Assembly: GCA_035084275.1 (NCBI GenBank)
Contig: CM068756.1
Location: forward strand, 9,052,001-9,116,000
DNA from: Hydrolagus colliei
Taxonomy: Eukaryota
Length of the DNA: 64,000 nucleotides
Reading direction: 5' to 3'
A program made the position numbers and the translations under genes. The number at the start of each line of letters is the position of its first letter. Within the stretch, counting starts at the first letter, position 1. Under the pieces are notes generated by a model. The model was not told the origin of the DNA. It was given only the letters and a program-made list of their open reading frames with translations, and did no database searches. Of this stretch, positions 51,224-64,000 are shown one piece after another.

Positions 51224-54200
51224 GCGGATGGCATTTACTAGGGTGTTGGATCGGTGGCACATGTTGAACTGTGTTCTAGGAGGGAGTCAATGCTTTGAGG
51301 ATCTGTGGAGAATGGGAGAAATTTGGTGGAGAAAATTAGCCAGGAAAACAAGAGCGTCCATTTCAATAGATTCCTTGGCACATGTGCTTCAAATATGTTG
51401 CATTCAATTTAACATTCTTTTCTAGATCAGCAATCTGAAAATTCATACCAATTGACTTCAAAAAGATGGCACGATGCTGCAACATATGACATGTATCCTG
51501 GCAGGCCTTGGAAATTGTTCCTTTCTATTTGCCTGTTGGTAGCTTGGCAGGGAGTCAAGCAAGCCACATAAGAAAGGCACATGTGTCAGGAACGTGCAGT
51601 CAGTTGCAATTTTTTCTCTTTTATATATATAATAATAATGGATTTAAGGGACTCTCTGAAGTTAGGTGGTTCAAGTGAACTGTTTCAGAAGGACTTGTCA
51701 AGGCTGATATGCCAAGCTTCACATTGTTTTCACGTGGGAAACATTGCACCTTCCTCTCCTGATTTTGGAAACATGTCACCTCCTGATACAGCCTGTCAAT
51801 GGAATGCAATACAGAGGGAAAAAGGGGGCGGGGGAATCCCTTTCCAGGAATATATACATATATATATATATATATATCCATTATTTAGGGGGGAGGTTGG
51901 GGGTGAAAGATTGTCCTTTGAAGCATTATCGTGATGTAGGAAACTATTTTGCCTTTTCAATTTTTAAAAAAAAATTATTCCCTTCATATGAGGATTATTG
52001 AGGAAGAGAGTTCTCAGAAAGACTGTAAATCTGCAGGAATCTCACACTGAGCGACGGAACTAGAAGCATCAGTCTGATAGTGTCTGCATACTGAGAGGAC
52101 TAAATAGAGAGCATTGACCTTCCTAAACCTGATTAGGATGTTCTCAGAGTGCACACAGGAAGGTGATATTAATGCAGAACATTCTTTGTTGCTGTAACCT
52201 ATTTTAGTGAGTTTTTTTTACAATATCCGCGAGTCATAATCTGTAGAATAATGTGTTCTCTCAGATTATGGCCAGCCCTCATTAGTTAAGCCATTTATTA
52301 GTCTGCTACATTCACGACATTTGTAATATTTTAATTAAAGCCGTGGTTTCCCAGGAGAAAACGGTCGTGGATAACATCAGAAGCGTGATTAATAATTTGA
52401 AATATAACTTTTTAACACAGAGAACTGTATTACCGTTGTGAAGCAAAAACGATTTCTTTTGTAACCCTCCTTTGCTGTAAAATAGGTCGTGGAGAAAGAA
52501 AGCACTCTGCAACTTTCCCTACTAGTGGCAGGAGTACTTGTGTCTGCTTATTTTCTCTCTAATTGCTTGAGAAGGAGAGATACTGTCATTCTGTGCATGC
52601 AGTGGAGTTTGATCCAGAAGGCCTTTTGATGTGATGATGATAGCTGTAATTTTAAAAAACAGTTACCATGTTTTCTTTGGTACGTGACATTCTTTGATGC
52701 GCTAAATATAAATTGCCTAAAAATAGCCATTTCGGTTCCTGGATATACTATTTGAAGATCTGTCTTTAATTGCTATCATGTGTAACAAATATTGTGGATA
52801 TGATTCAGTAATAACAGGCTTAAAATAGATGGAACTAAATTCAATGCAGCTACTATCAGAGTTTCTAAACAGGCAGAGCGAGATAATTGTCTCATAAGAT
52901 CAGGAAAATGTAGTAAACACTAGAGATTAATGGCTATGAGAAATGAAGTTTACATGTAAGAATGTAGCTAATTTCGACTTTGTCCGTTATGAGCCATGTA
53001 ACAACAGGGCTATTCACAGTATGTTTCTTTAATATTTGAATGACACCACTGAACTCGAATAACTTTCCCTCCTTTGGAACAGAATTTTTCAATTATTATT
53101 TCTTGAGTGTTATCGTTTTCATGTTTTTCTATATGTATATATGTATATATATATATATCTATCTGTTGCTGATATTTGCTGCAATTCCAGCTTTTTTGCT
53201 TTTGTCCTCAAAACCCGTTTTCCTCCTTCCTATAACCCAGGCCGCTGACATCAGCAACTGGTTTTCTTTTGATGGTTAAAAAAAAGAAGCAAAAATCGGT
53301 GAAACTAAATCACCGGCGTGTGTAGTTTGATGGCAATCCTCCTGCTGATTTCCAGCAAACGAGTGAAACCCGACGCCTGTTTCAACAACATCTCATTTTC
53401 ACAATTTTTGTTTTCTAGGAGAAAACTCTGCTTGCTCCCCACTCAATTCAAGTGAAATCTCAACGACCACTGTTAACAGCAGGCAGCACACGAAGAAAGC
53501 GTCTCAGAGAACCACCACAGGACGATTTGCTGTGGCACGGGGGTAGTTTGCGAATGCCTCATAAGGTTGCAAAGACTATTTTCACAAGTCTCATCCGAGT
53601 CCACAGCTGGTCCAGCGTGACCCGCACCACACTTCCCAAACATTAATATATCGAGTAGAGGAGAAAATGTGTCTCCTCGGTTCACACGGTGAGACCAGAT
53701 TCTGTGCTACAATGACAAATAATGTGCAAAGCTGAGAAAGTACAGACCTGTTGATTCCTCTGCCTTCTGCTTGTCAGATGTGAGGCACAGGGCGCCGGCT
53801 AAACCTGGAGAAGTGACAAATGTTGGCATTGAGCAGGAACCTATGGCAGGAAGGCTGATGATTTTGCCAAACGTACTGCAAGTCTGGCAAGCGTAGCTCA
53901 CTGGGTCCTTTTCATAGGGAAGATGACATGTACCATCACATTGCTTACATGAACTCATTTCTAGGGTGTCAAGTTAACTGGTGTGTGTGTGTGTGTGTGT
54001 GTGTCTGTCTGTGTGTGTGTTTTGTTTGCACACTTCCTTCCCATAACCTTCAAAAGGCTGTCTTTCAACATACATTTATTTTATCTTTTTAAAAAACTTT
54101 TTTTTTAAAAGTTACTGTGAGAATAACTGTGAGAGTAACTCTCCGTTGCAATGACTGTGAGTGTAACTCTCCATTTGCAACGATTGCCTGACTCGCTGGG

Positions 54201-56629
54201 GGGGAAACAAAAAATATTGGAACGGCGAGCGAAGCTTTGCTTTGTCAGGAGGAAGAAAATAAAGAGAGATCAGCCGAGCTTCAAAGGGCACATTTCCATA
54301 ATTGCCCTGTAACTTTGGAAAAATAAATCTGAAGGGCTGAGAAAAAGCACAGTCTCTCAGATGAGTGCACTACAAAAGCCAGAGAGGTTCCCCAGTCCCA
54401 CTTGTTACTATTCCAATTCAGTGAGAGAATCCCGTTCCCTACCCTCTGCAACAAAAGCCACAAAATCACTGTTCTCTCCTCTTAAAGGACCTCTGCCTGA
54501 AGAATGGGATCTTATCCAGCCTTTGTCCGTGTCTCACCACCAACTACTCCTGGAAAGTTGTACTACAGGTCTTCTGTGCTCGGAGTTGCTGGATATCCCC
54601 TCTTTTGACACTGACATTTTTGTTTCACAAGGACAAGCCTTTGTGGCGATATTCAGAAAGAACAATCAAGAAGAGCTCTAATAAACGGATTAGTCGGGCG
54701 GACAAAAGGCTGCGGTGGCTTCAAAGCTCGACCGACAACACAATAGAGATGACATTTGTTCATCTCAGGGCTCAGGCAAACCCCTGGGTGAATGTGCTGT
54801 CCATGATGATGTCAGTACACAATGAGCCAACTTGGAAAGAGGTGAAAAACACAAGCCATTCTGTCTTTGTTTGTCTCCCCCGACCCCCCCAGCCACCTCC
54901 CCCACCCACACACCCACACACACATGGATTGAGCATTTGCAGCCAAGTATTGGAAAGCGCCTCGTTTTTTTCTATTTACCTTTGAATTTTCCCCCGTGTT
55001 TAAATTATTGCTGATGGCATCTTTTAAAGCCTTGTGAGAAGACAAACACGACAGATACTTCATATGCGTTGATGTGAAGAATATAGCTCTCGGGGTCTGT
55101 TGTGTCATCATTGCTTCTCTCTATACGAAAATAAGCGGATGCAGTTTAAAAATATTTTCCACTTTGGAGTGCCTTACAGACTGCAGCAAAAAGCAATAAA
55201 AGTGCAAAGTGGATTGAGTGACAATGGGACTTGAGCTGTAGCTTTTGGATTGAGGCTTTGCTTCAGTGCTTCTCAATCTTATTCTCCAGTGTCTCAGCAA
55301 AGGGATTGCATCACAGTATTTAACATTGCTGGGAGCAAAGGAATAAAGTCGAGCCAATGTTGATTATTGCTCATTAGCCACAAGGACATACATTTGTGTA
55401 TGAATAAATGAATGACACTGTGTCCTAATGGAACTAGTCCCTGTGTAGCTTTAAGCAAAATGTTAGCTAATGTTTCCATTTACTTAATATTAGAGAATCC
55501 GACTGGATATAAATAGGAGTATAAGCATTCTCTGTAAATTTATTCCTTATGGACAATATTTAACAAACCTGTTTAATTTCTTCTGTTATGTCAAGCAAAA
55601 CAAAAGCATTCAGTGAATAATATTTTATTCAGATACATGGTGTTATTAGCTACAGTTAATCTAAAAAAAACTTGGCTCCATGTCCTATGAAAATATGACT
55701 AAAGTCAAATGGGCATTGTTGCCTTTTCTTCCATTGTTCCTTGAGAAAATGTTTGAAACCAATTGTACTTGCTTTTTCTCTTGCATGATTACCTGTTGTA
55801 GTGATTCTCAGTTGTGAAAGCTCTGTTCAAGAGCTGATTCATTAACGTATGTAAAGGCCCATTTTAGCTGAGAAAAGCTTCCTAAAAGTCACAGTGTCCT
55901 TTCCAGACAGTCTGAATGTAATGATCAACCGATAGCAGTCCTGGTGTCTTTATTGAAGCCAGCATAATGCCTTTTAATAGAAGCACCATTGTTCCTGTCA
56001 TTAAAATGCATAAATGCATTGACACATACAAACCACACATCACTTTACCTGTATTCATACATATACCTAGATATATACCCACAACCAAATCATACCCATA
56101 TTGAAATGATTTGTTATACTAATCAGTTTTCCCCATTTATATGCTCATTATTTTATTCAAATGCCTGTAATATAAGTATAATGGTACTCAATGGCATTTA
56201 TGTGCAAACCTAATTTCAGCAAATTCCTGAATGTGCAAACATTTTTAAATTAATTCCCACTGTGTGTCAGACTGAATACTAAATTCTGCTCCATTTTCTG
56301 ATAACAATGACTTTGTGTTTCGAACATCCTGACACCAGAACATGCATTGTTATCTTCCTATATTTAAACAATTCAGACATAGGTGGATCGATTGCATTTT
56401 TTTTCCGCGATAACGGTATTTGCCATTGCTTGATCACCTCGCCCTTCTTTTAAGAAAAATTGCCTCCACTTTTTATTTTAAAAATCGATCCAGAATTCAG
56501 CATCAAATTATGTTATAAACATATCACACACACAAAAACTATAACATTGCTTCCGTATGAAAATAAGGAAAGTCAGCCTGTAATTTTTTTTTACTAATTT
56601 AGCCTTTAATTTTTTTTATTACCATTTGT

Positions 56630-56987
56630 TTCTCTGATTTTCTCCCTTTCCCTCTTTACCTCATTCCTCCCAACCCTCCTCTGATGAAGACACTTGACTC
56701 CTTTTACCTTTCAATGGTTCCACAACCAGCACTGCCCCAAGTGGTCATTACTCTTGTGTGTGTTGCCAGTGATTGTTGGCTCACTCGTCGACCATGGGAC
56801 CATTGGAGATGATCCAGTGCTCACTTGGAATCCATTCCACATGCACTTCAATCACAACTGGCTCTCAAGACCTTCCTCTTTGACTGACCCTTCCCCCCTG
56901 CTTGGGTCCCTACCTGATTGTTCAGCTCTTTGGGACGTCCTCCTCATGCGAAAGGCGCTCTATAAATGTAATTTTGTTGTTGTTGTA
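56630..56987. mobile_element. SINE B tail (-, about 56630-56830) followed by an L2 tail (+, about 56870-56987)
   Basis: ccccaagtggtcatt motif; ttgggacgtcctcctcatgcgaaaggcgctctataaatgtaatt(ttg)n. Confidence 0.6.
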
Positions 56988-57029
56988 GTGACTCCACTGA
57001 TGTTTCTATTCCCGCGCTGAGTCATCTCA

Positions 57030-57357
57030 TCTGAGCTCAGTCACTGACATACTTGCCTCTAAGTTAGATGGTTGTGAGTTTTGACCCACATTGGGATTTC
57101 AGCTAGTAGACTACATTGACCCTCCAGTATGCATTGTTGGTGGTGCCATTTTTCTGAGAAGATGTGAAGGGAGAAATATGCACCTGTTTTAAGATCCCAT
57201 TGCAACTATTCAAAAACAAACGAGTTTCTCCTGGTGTCATGTCCAGGTATCTTGATAAAATTTACAGTCAATACACTTTACAGTATATTTTGTGAAGATG
57301 CTTTGAGACATCTCGAAGATGTGATAAGGCGCTTTATCAAATGGAAGGATTATTATG
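57030..57357 (+). mobile_element. Deu-domain SINE with tRNA-like head and SINE A-type tail
   Basis: Head cttgcctctaagttagatggttgtgagtt..gacccac; Deu core gcattgttggtggtgcc...aagatcccattgcaactattc; tail aaggcgctttatcaaatggaaggattattat. Confidence 0.7.
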
Positions 57358-58094
57358 GTTATAAAATGTATTGAAAAGTTTGGTCATGACTCTATAAAAA
57401 AGCAGATATTTTCTTCCTGCCCTCTTTAACCTTTTTCTTTCACTTGGCTTTTTTTTAACTGGGGTTATTTGGAAAGAAGTGTATATTTGAATGGAACATT
57501 TTTATTGAAGGCAAAAAAGCAGTTTTTTTTGTAGTTTTTCTCTAAACTATGACATTACTGTTTAAACATTTTTATTAGGTAGCCTATAAATCCGGTGGTT
57601 AACTGGCACAGAAAATTGGAGATCTGTGAACATTTTCATTTATAAAAATAATAACTGCATGGAACTTTACTCATTGACAGTGTACACTGTTGAAGCAGCG
57701 ATATGCCTTCAGCAGGATTTGTTAGCGGTAGCGACACGAGCTATCCCACAAAGCAAAGACATTTTAAGAGCTGGTAAACATTCTGCCAGACCAGTAGTTT
57801 TTAATAGTGGGTAACTGTGATAGAACCTTTCCCAGTCACCTACAGTCAACAGTGCACATTGTACAGAGCGACACACAGACAAAAATGGCACTGGCTGACA
57901 CCAATGAGACTGAAATTACCCAAACATTTTCAAAATCAATCTCTGTATTCAAAAGGCAAATGTTTTTTTTAAACTTAAAGGACAAGGGTAAGTGGCTCGA
58001 CGAAGCATCAAACGGAAAGTAAGATTTCATTTGTTTAAATGAAAGGAGCTCCTCATAATGTGTAAATATAATCTGTAGAACCTAACAAGAAAGT

Positions 58095-58449
58095 GAGGTC
58101 CTTTCATGTATTGGTTAGAGCACACGCCTCACAAGCGAGAGGTCTCAGGTTCAATTAGTGGGCAGGGTGAAACCTTAGCGAAGTTTCCTTATTGCTTGGG
58201 CCTCTATTTACCTAACAGTGAGTAAGAACCTGGTCATTAGTCGACTGGCAGATTGCTTTCTGGGGGTAATAATCCATTCCAAAAAATTGGTCATTCAATC
58301 CATGACTCCTTATAGGGCATTACTGTGTACAATTGGCTGCAGTGTTTCTTCCACAAAATATTCACTTTACAGGATATTTCTGTGAAGTGCTTTGAGACAC
58401 CTGAACGGTGTGATAAGGCTCCATATTAAATGCAAGGATTATTATTATA
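58095..58449 (+). mobile_element. Full-length tRNA-derived SINE family A
   Basis: Head ttggttagagcacacgcctcacaagcgagaggtctcaggttcaat with A/B-box-like motifs, a body, and the tail ttaaatgcaaggattattatta. Confidence 0.85.
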
Positions 58450-59007
58450 ATATCTCTGTAATTATAAGTTGTCTGTTTTAATATGCCCTAGTGCTGAGAT
58501 TCTGAACTTACATACAATACAAAATGACATTTGTGTAGTGCCTTTCACGTTGGGAGGATGTCCCAAGGCAGCTTGAATGTTTTTTTCTCTGATGGTTATT
58601 TTATGTAAAACAATATTGTAGTTCCAATCTTTTCATAGCTGTTTGATAAATTGCTACCCAAAACAAACACACACAGAAAATGAAGAGTTTTTTTAAAAAA
58701 AACTAGGCACTTAGCCCTAGGTATCACATCCTACCACAGCTTTTCAACCTCTTTGAACTATATCAAGGAGATGTCATTTGGAGCTGTGGTTCACAGTATT
58801 TCTCACCAGTGTGATCTTACTTCATAATCTGTAGGTGGTAGGTTTGCTTGCTGTAATGTATTAAAAAAAATTGTTTCTCTATTTTAAAAAGTGTATGCAA
58901 ATTCATAGTTTCATTTGAGAACTCTTCTCTTTCAGTAAACACAGAAGGTTTTCTGGTGTTCTCTTCTTGCTCTGTACTGTGCTGTGATGTTTCCAGCCCA
59001 ACCGTTC

Positions 59008-59120
59008 CACTTCTGATGAAGGTTCACACCTGAAGCATTTGCCTATCTTTGTCGTTCAGACGCTGATTTACATGCTGTGCATCTTCAGCATTTTCCATTT
59101 TTCTATTGGATTTTGATGCA
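59008..59120 (+). mobile_element. Penelope-like element terminal fragment with a degenerate hammerhead ribozyme core
   Basis: CTGATGA (59013-59019), AGGT/tcac/ACCT hairpin, then GAAG, followed by cagacgctg...tgctgtgcatcttcagcattttc. This resembles the recalled fish/shark Penelope terminal repeat. Confidence 0.6.
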
Positions 59121-61434
59121 CCACGTTGAGAATTTATTTTGAAGTGTAAACTTTCTCTCTGGGGAATATGATTAGCTCTTCTTAACTCTTTCCCTGCTGC
59201 AAATATATGGAACCACATTCTGATTTAGCCAGTCACTTGAAAGGTTGAGAGCAGTTTGGATTTTCTGCTGCAAAGTGAACTTTTATTGGAACTTTAGATG
59301 GGGCTAAAATGCTTTTAATTATTTACTTACTAATAAATGAAATAAGGTACAAAATACAGTGCAATAAGTTATCCTTTATGACTAAAGTAAACGCTATTGT
59401 GGTGGATGACAGCTGTTGGGAAATCCAAGCAAATTTGAGGTTACTGAAAGTAACGTCACACATTGTCTAATTCCCACAATTTGAAACTTGGCCATCAACA
59501 GAATCAGTGACTTTTACTGCGTGGCTATGAGTCATTAATAGCTGATTATTTGACAGTTTATACGACCGAGTGTGCAAGGTCACCTGATTGGGGCCACACT
59601 AATGTTGGAAAAATAAACCTTTGTGGGTAAGTGAACCCGCTAGCATTATTACACAAAGCCATCGTTTATATTATTTGTTTAAAAGTAAATTGTTTATGCG
59701 ATCTTAACTGTATCTCTCTGTAATTCTTTTAAATGAATGTGCAGTGCAGTTCAACAACCATTGTTCTTGCTAATAAGCCTTATAATTGATATATCAAAGT
59801 ATACACAATATACTGTAAAGTGGAGTGACTGTATTTTTGTGAGTGAACGTGGCAGCCAATGTCCAACAAAGAGCCATGAAGTGAATGGCCACATATATTT
59901 GGCCAGGACATCTCAATTTATGCCTTTACAGGAGGTGGAATATTTTACAATTATTAGTATTGTATTGAGTTCATGCCCTCAATAAGCAAATATAAGATGC
60001 AGTAAAACTCTCATAGGTCTAATCTGTATAAATCATACAATCTATTAAGTCATACATCTGCCCAAGTCCTGTTTAAGAGTTTATATTCTATTCAAGTTTA
60101 CCATAACTCATATTTTGCATAAGTCATATTAACTGATATGAGGTTTATTGTACATCTGATTTATTCAGATTGAGCTGGATGGGAAAAGTTGCCTTTTCTT
60201 ATTCTTTGTAATTTATGATCTTAACTGATGAGTGATGAAACTGAGAGTGGATTATTATAAGGTCTTGTTTATCGGCTGGATTAACTGCATAGCTTGCTGC
60301 CACCCTGCTTTCTATTCAGGTTTATTGACTAGCTTGTCAAATCAATAAATGTTTGATATGTTATTTTTCATATCTTGTGTGGAAAGCGTTCCAGTCATTT
60401 CCATGACGTGAGATGAAATGCCTGTGTTTTTACAGAACTGGTTGTTATATACAGAATGTGTAGGATGTCTTTATACAAATAAAAGCAAAATGTAACTGCA
60501 AACAAGCAGAGTACTGTAATGTCAGAAAGGCAGAAACTTCACTCCAGTGAAGTTATCAGTGATATGAAGATCTGAATCGCAAATCTCCCTGACGTGGTCG
60601 TCACACACATGAAACGTACCCTGTCATTGTGAACCTCTTGTTTAGAAAGGTCTGGATGGCATCTATTGTCTGTGAAGCAACTTCTAAGTGTTTTCCATTC
60701 CAGTGCGACAATCCAAACACAAACATGTTTGAACTCCAATGTGATTAAATAAGCTTTACATTTGTGGCTGGTTTGCAGACACTGAGTAGCTCCCAGAACA
60801 GAGGTAAAGCTTAAATATAATCAGGATAACTCTAACGTTAAACATTGTTCTAATTTCAGAGCAGTGCTCAGACAAGGCCTCTTTCTTTAACGCAGAGTGC
60901 TAACTAAATTCATTCTGTCATCGGCTGTCTTGTTAATTTTTTTTGTGTGTAGTTGTAACTGTGCAGACATTAGCATTATGTACTGACTAAGATGAAGGGA
61001 TTGTATTTCAAAATTATTTTATCAATGGAACTCAACCTGACAGGCCAGAATTGATCAATTATCTGCTGAGCATTCTGGGTGATGTATGCTCATTCAGAAA
61101 AGGTGTCTTTTTACAACTTTTCTTGTAAAATCATTTTACTGTTCCTGAGCAATTATTCCAACGAATGCCAACACTACAAAGATGAGGCACAAAAGTCCAC
61201 CTAGGCTCTACCTTTTCTATATAATCAAGGCTGCAGAGAAGTACAGATTTTTTTTAATTCAAGTTTAATTTGCAGACCTGTTCTTTCTAAAAACTGAAAA
61301 GCAGCTTTCACATTAAGCCTGAATTGGACAATTATCTAAAATTTTAAGACAAAAGTTATTTAAATCTGGGATTATGTGGAAGTTCAGTCCTTATTTTTCA
61401 ATGTAAAAGTATAGGGTTGTATGTTACCCTATGT

Positions 61435-61748
61435 GGAGTCCTGCAGCTCAGTGGTGAGAGCACCTGCTTTACAAGCATGAGACCTGTGTTTGAATCCAGG
61501 CAGGTCAGAGTGAAACCTTGGGCAAATTTCCTTACTCCACACGCCTAATAATAATTCCTCCAAAAAAACCCAATAATAAATTGGTCATTTCAATCCACGA
61601 CTGTTTGTGGGACACTGCTGTGCGCAATTGGCTGCCGTGTTCCGCCCACAAATATACAGTCAATTCACTTTACAATATATTCTGTGAAGCGCTTTGGGAC
61701 GTCTAGAAGATGTGAAAAATGCTATATTAAATGCAAGGATTATAATTA
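61435..61748 (+). mobile_element. tRNA-derived SINE family A, lacking about 65 bp relative to 58095-58449
   Basis: ggagtcctgcagctcagtggtgagagcacctgctttacaagcatgagacctgtgtttgaatcc (A box, anticodon-like loop, B box), then accttgggcaaatttcctta, ending aaatgcaaggatta. Confidence 0.88.
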
Positions 61749-63279
61749 CCCAGTACTTGCTTGCTAAGGACAAATCATTTTACCTGTGGCCATCAAACAT
61801 TACTTGACCATTACAGGAAGTCATCATGTTATATCACTAGATTGTTACTCAATGCTTCAGTTGAAATATGCTTAACATAAAAATGTTTTTTAAACCAATA
61901 TCTAAAATAACCAAGATAATTGAAAGCATTCTTTAATTTTCTATTCCTGACAAAAAAATTCTCCTCAGAGCCCAGGTCTTAATCCCTCTGAGCAATATGC
62001 GAAACCAGATTTATTGATACAGTACTGTGTTAGACAATTCGGGTTGCATCTCTGACCAACGAAACACTAACACTTGTTAATATATCTGAAATTCCATCCT
62101 AGTATTCATATAGTTAATTGTTGGATGAGTGATTCTTTATCACTGCACATGTTGAAGTTTTTTTGTGAGGGGTGGAGGGTGGGTGGGGGGATGGGGCAGA
62201 TTTAGACCAATGAACCCAACAGACAATCAATGGTCATTTTGCACACAATATACACACTTCATAGAATATTGTGTGAAGCGATTTGAGACAGTTCAACAAC
62301 ATAATGAGGCACTATATCAAATGCAAGCATTATTTGTATTATCTCTTGCTTGCCTATTCTGTTCCATGACGCAGAGAAGTTTAAAGATAAATTCGGGCAA
62401 GTGGTTTGTGAGAGTCACTTTCCTTCACTGAACAAGGAAGAGTCATATTTGCAAAAAAAAAACTTTGTGCATATTTTCAGTCTTACAATATAAGTGTAAA
62501 TGTGCTTTCATTGACAGTAAAAATGCAAGAGGTTTTAAGTTTTTTTCAATAAAAGCAGGCAGTCCACTACTAAAATTAGACATCACAAAGGCCCAGATCT
62601 CTCAAGATAACACTAACCTAGATGTCAGAAACCTACAGCTAGGTGTACAGTGACTGCAGCAACTACCTGCACTAAAAGTGACACAAGGAAACATGACAAT
62701 GCTATTCAGAGATGAGCTGAACATTTAGTTACCCTCCTCTGCTTTTACTCCTTCCTCTCAGCCATCTTGAATACCTAAAGCCACCATTTTAATCTCAGCT
62801 GGCATCGCTAAAATCTACTGATTCAAGGTACACTGGTTTGCACATACTGTATTATGTCACATTGTTGTATTGGGCTAGGCTATTTCCATTGGCATTATTG
62901 TCAGCACCAGATTTTATATGGAGATCAGTAATCGTAAAAACTAATTTCACTCAAACATAATATAACTGCTTGGCACCCAAGCGGTTTGTCATCTGACCTC
63001 AGAAATACAATAATTTTCACTTAGACAATCCATCCTTTATTTTTGTAAGATGATATAGCAATGGTATTGATAGCAGTTATGTGTTATTTATGACATTATT
63101 ACTGTACGATTACAGGAATTTAATCTGCAGTCCATTTCTTGGAATAACACTGCCAACTCTTTCTCTCTCGCTCTCTCTCAATTTACGCAATGAATTTATG
63201 AGTAATTGTTTCTTGCCATTTTAAAAATGATAAATAACAGCAAGCTAATTGATAAGAACTGAACTTGCTATATACAGTA

Positions 63280-63670
63280 ATAAATCATCCTCGCAATTGA
63301 TATAGTGTATTTCATGCCAGTAGGATATTCACAAAACCCTTCACAACATTTGTAAAGAACAGTGACTATCTATTTTGTAGACGACTGCAACAGATCAATG
63401 TCCCACAAACAGCTACAAAGTAAATGGACAATCTTATCTCGAGCATTGTTGACTGCGGCATTGAGAGAAACTCCCTTCCTATACTTTTGCCTATACTTTT
63501 TGCATGCTGTGGATGGGTTTACCTGTCCAGCCACTGTCGGAATTCAATACATGCCTACAATTAATCCTTGCATTTGATATAGCCCCTGATCGCATCGTTG
63601 AGACATCTCAATGTGCTTCACAGAATATATACTGTAAAGCGAATTGACTGTATACTTTCTGGGCGAATGT
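63280..63670 (-). mobile_element. Two minus-strand SINE fragments (about 63280-63460 degraded; 63563-63670 SINE A tail)
   Basis: taatccttgcatttgatatagc...gcttcacagaatatatactgtaaagcgaattgactgtat...gggcgaa. Confidence 0.7.
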
Positions 63671-64000
63671 ATACAAGCCGATTCCCTTTTACTCATCCTT
63701 GAAATCATGCACTTTTCCTGTCATGGATTCACCTGGGTAGAAAAAAAACAAGTATGAAAACAATTTGATAACAAAAATGGCGTTGTCACTTTTTGGTGTT
63801 TTAAATGCTTTTCTTTATACACAGAACCATTTTTTTAAAACAAAGAAACTGTTTTAGAAGATTCAGTGACTTTTGTTTTCTGTAACCTTATCTTTACACC
63901 AGGTTCCTGTCAAATTTTCAGTGACTTGCATGTAGACTGACCCTGGCAATAAAGACACCTTTGCAAACGAACACAGCATCACAAAACAGAGTGCTCAGTT

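Noticed and set aside
54361-54985. Overlapping 106-aa and 126-aa ORFs
   Set aside because: No recognisable domain and no convincing splice structure; consistent with chance ORFs.
60226-60245. CTGATGA...GAAA hammerhead-like spacing (other CTGATGA sites near 1839, 5030, 36795 and 56681 also checked)
   Set aside because: No stem II or stem III pairing is possible.
61435-61510. tRNA-like sequence (also about 58095-58155)
   Set aside because: No intact acceptor stem, and it continues directly into a SINE body and tail, so it is a SINE head rather than a tRNA gene.
1-64000. CRISPR array, rRNA, prokaryotic operon or viral genes
   Set aside because: No regularly spaced repeat-spacer array and no gene-dense coding region. 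The recurring ~100-bp motifs are dispersed SINE/LINE tails.

Overview
Vertebrate genomic DNA with no prokaryotic, phage or CRISPR features. The repeat landscape (L2, CR1, Deu-type SINEs, tRNA-SINEs with an L2-type tail, Tx1, Penelope) suggests a cartilaginous fish, possibly a holocephalan; this is inference. The only host coding sequence I recognise is the terminal exon of FTO (18884-19043, + strand; RCQSRLVNNLPIDDQPECWPHWQDEDPDMPLPYDL...). Positions 1-18883 are therefore most likely FTO's last intron, and the rest is 3'UTR plus the gene desert that in other jawed vertebrates leads to IRX3/IRX5. Many repeat-free, homeodomain-motif-rich blocks are candidate conserved non-coding enhancers, but I cannot verify conservation without alignment. 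Notable structures: a 2.4-kb dead L2 LINE interrupted by an antisense copy of its own 3' end; a Tx1-type insertion with a perfect 16-bp TSD; a ~185-bp fold-back palindrome made of two SINE tails; a degenerate Penelope-type hammerhead ribozyme; and a speculative alternative FTO C-terminus using a 21-nt micro-exon. Almost all other ORFs in the track look like chance ORFs. I found no convincing new multi-gene system. All family names come from recalled consensus sequences, not database searches.
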